Origin: Candidatus Sericytochromatia bacterium
Lineage (GTDB): Bacteria > Cyanobacteriota > Sericytochromatia > S15B-MN24 > UBA4093
Assembly (NCBI GenBank): GCA_036676985.1
Contig: JAKFBU010000027.1
Location: forward strand, 1-64,000
DNA length: 64,000 nucleotides
Direction of reading: 5' to 3'
Shown here: one piece after another, positions 63,101-64,000 of the stretch
Layout of the letters: each line of letters starts with the position of its first letter
Numbering within the stretch: the first letter of the stretch is position 1
Position numbers and translations under genes: made by a program
Notes under the pieces: generated by a model
Databases searched by the model: none
What the model saw: only the letters and a program-made list of their open reading frames with translations
Told to the model about the DNA's origin: nothing

Positions 63101-64000
63101 ATGACTCTCCTGGGGATGCGCAGCGAACTGACGTCGAACGTGCTCTGGACCTTCCTGGGCATCCTCGTGCTGCACGTCGCCGTCACGCTGTCACCGACCG
63201 TGATTCGCCTGTTCCGCCCGGGGGGGGACTTCCGGGACTTCCACCGGAGGGCGCTCGGATGGTGGGTCGTCTCGGGATCGCTCGTGCTGGCCCTTGCGCT
63301 CGGCCCCTACGCCGCGCTCTTCTTCTTCGCCGCCGTCGGCTTGACGGCTTACCGCGAGCTGCTGGCGATCCAGCCCTTCGCCTTCAAGCGGGCCACCGTC
63401 CTCGTCGTCGCCGGTCTTATCGCGGTGCCCTACCTGATGATTCTCGCCCGACTGCCCGAGGCGGCGTCTTCCGGCGCCGCGGTCTGGTGCCTGCTCGCCA
63501 TTCCCCTCGTCGTGATGCTGCTCGAGCCGGGGGAGGGCTTCGCCCGCAAGGCCGGCGCCCTGTTGATGGCCTGGCTCGTGGCCGGCTACTGTCTGAGCCA
63601 GGTGCCCGCGCTCATGTGGCGAGCCGAGCCCCTGAATCCGGCGGGCGGCGGGGTGGGGCTCGTCATCTACATGGTCTTCCTCGCCCAGTTCAACGACTTT
63701 GCCCAGTACGTCTGGGGCAAGGTGGCGGGTCGCACGCCGATCGTGCCGGCGCTCAGCCCCAAGAAGACCTGGGCCGGGTTCCTGGGGGGGCTCCTGTCCA
63801 CCGCGGGCCTGGCCTGGCTTCTGGCCCCGGTGCTGACGCCCGTGCCGCGCGAGGTGGCCCCGCTCATGGGCATCGTCGTGGCAGCTGCGGGCTTCCTCGG
63901 GGACATCACGGTCTCGGCGATCAAGCGGGACGCAGGGGTCAAGGACGCCGGCAAGCTCCTGCCCGGCTTCGGCGGGGTCATGGACCGCGTTGACAGCCTC
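63101..64000 (+). CDS. cdsA: Phosphatidate cytidylyltransferase (runs off the window end)
   Basis: Not in the ORF track. ATG 63101 after GGAG; multi-TM; QFNDFAQYVWG, SPKKTWAG, GD..SAIKRD.GVKD.G.LLPG.GG.MDR.DS. Confidence 0.92.
   Translation, partial: MTLLGMRSELTSNVLWTFLGILVLHVAVTLSPTVIRLFRPGGDFRDFHRRALGWWVVSGSLVLALALGPYAALFFFAAVGLTAYRELLAIQPFAFKRATVLVVAGLIAVPYLMILARLPEAASSGAAVWCLLAIPLVVMLLEPGEGFARKAGALLMAWLVAGYCLSQVPALMWRAEPLNPAGGGVGLVIYMVFLAQFNDFAQYVWGKVAGRTPIVPALSPKKTWAGFLGGLLSTAGLAWLLAPVLTPVPREVAPLMGIVVAAAGFLGDITVSAIKRDAGVKDAGKLLPGFGGVMDRVDSL

Overview
High-GC (about two-thirds G+C by eye) chromosomal DNA from a diderm bacterium, densely coding with about 55 genes. I found no rRNA, tRNA, CRISPR array or intact mobile element. 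A cyanobacterial-type FNR with no photosynthesis genes nearby, plus an Omp85 protein, tentatively suggests a non-photosynthetic cyanobacterial relative such as Sericytochromatia (inference only). Content: an MCP, a 7TM-DISM/HK/REC/adenylate cyclase hybrid, Tex, Sco/PCuAC, a CsoR-rhodanese-YeiH-DUF302 unit with two visible operators, M18 peptidase, GH31, ade plus an atypical group IV decarboxylase, MarR-MFS, a redox block (pntAB, PFOR, FNR, ferredoxin), a pncB remnant, FDH with mobA, a two-component system beside a multiheme lipoprotein, and ppc. Highlights: (1) a eukaryote-like ether-lipid cluster (alkyl-DHAP synthase, FAR-acyltransferase fusion, SDR, divergent cdsA); (2) two selenoproteins split by the ORF track (FDH ARTUH; DsbA/FrnE UPWC), each with a hairpin 12 nt after the UGA; (3) three orphan, effector-like genes (coiled-coil, PD-(D/E)XK nuclease-like, translocator-like) sharing an upstream TTAA-N8-TAAGAA motif, plus a PsbP-like/FlhA-fragment fusion, together suggesting a dispersed flagellar/type III export regulon. 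All assignments come from motif recognition; no database searches were run.
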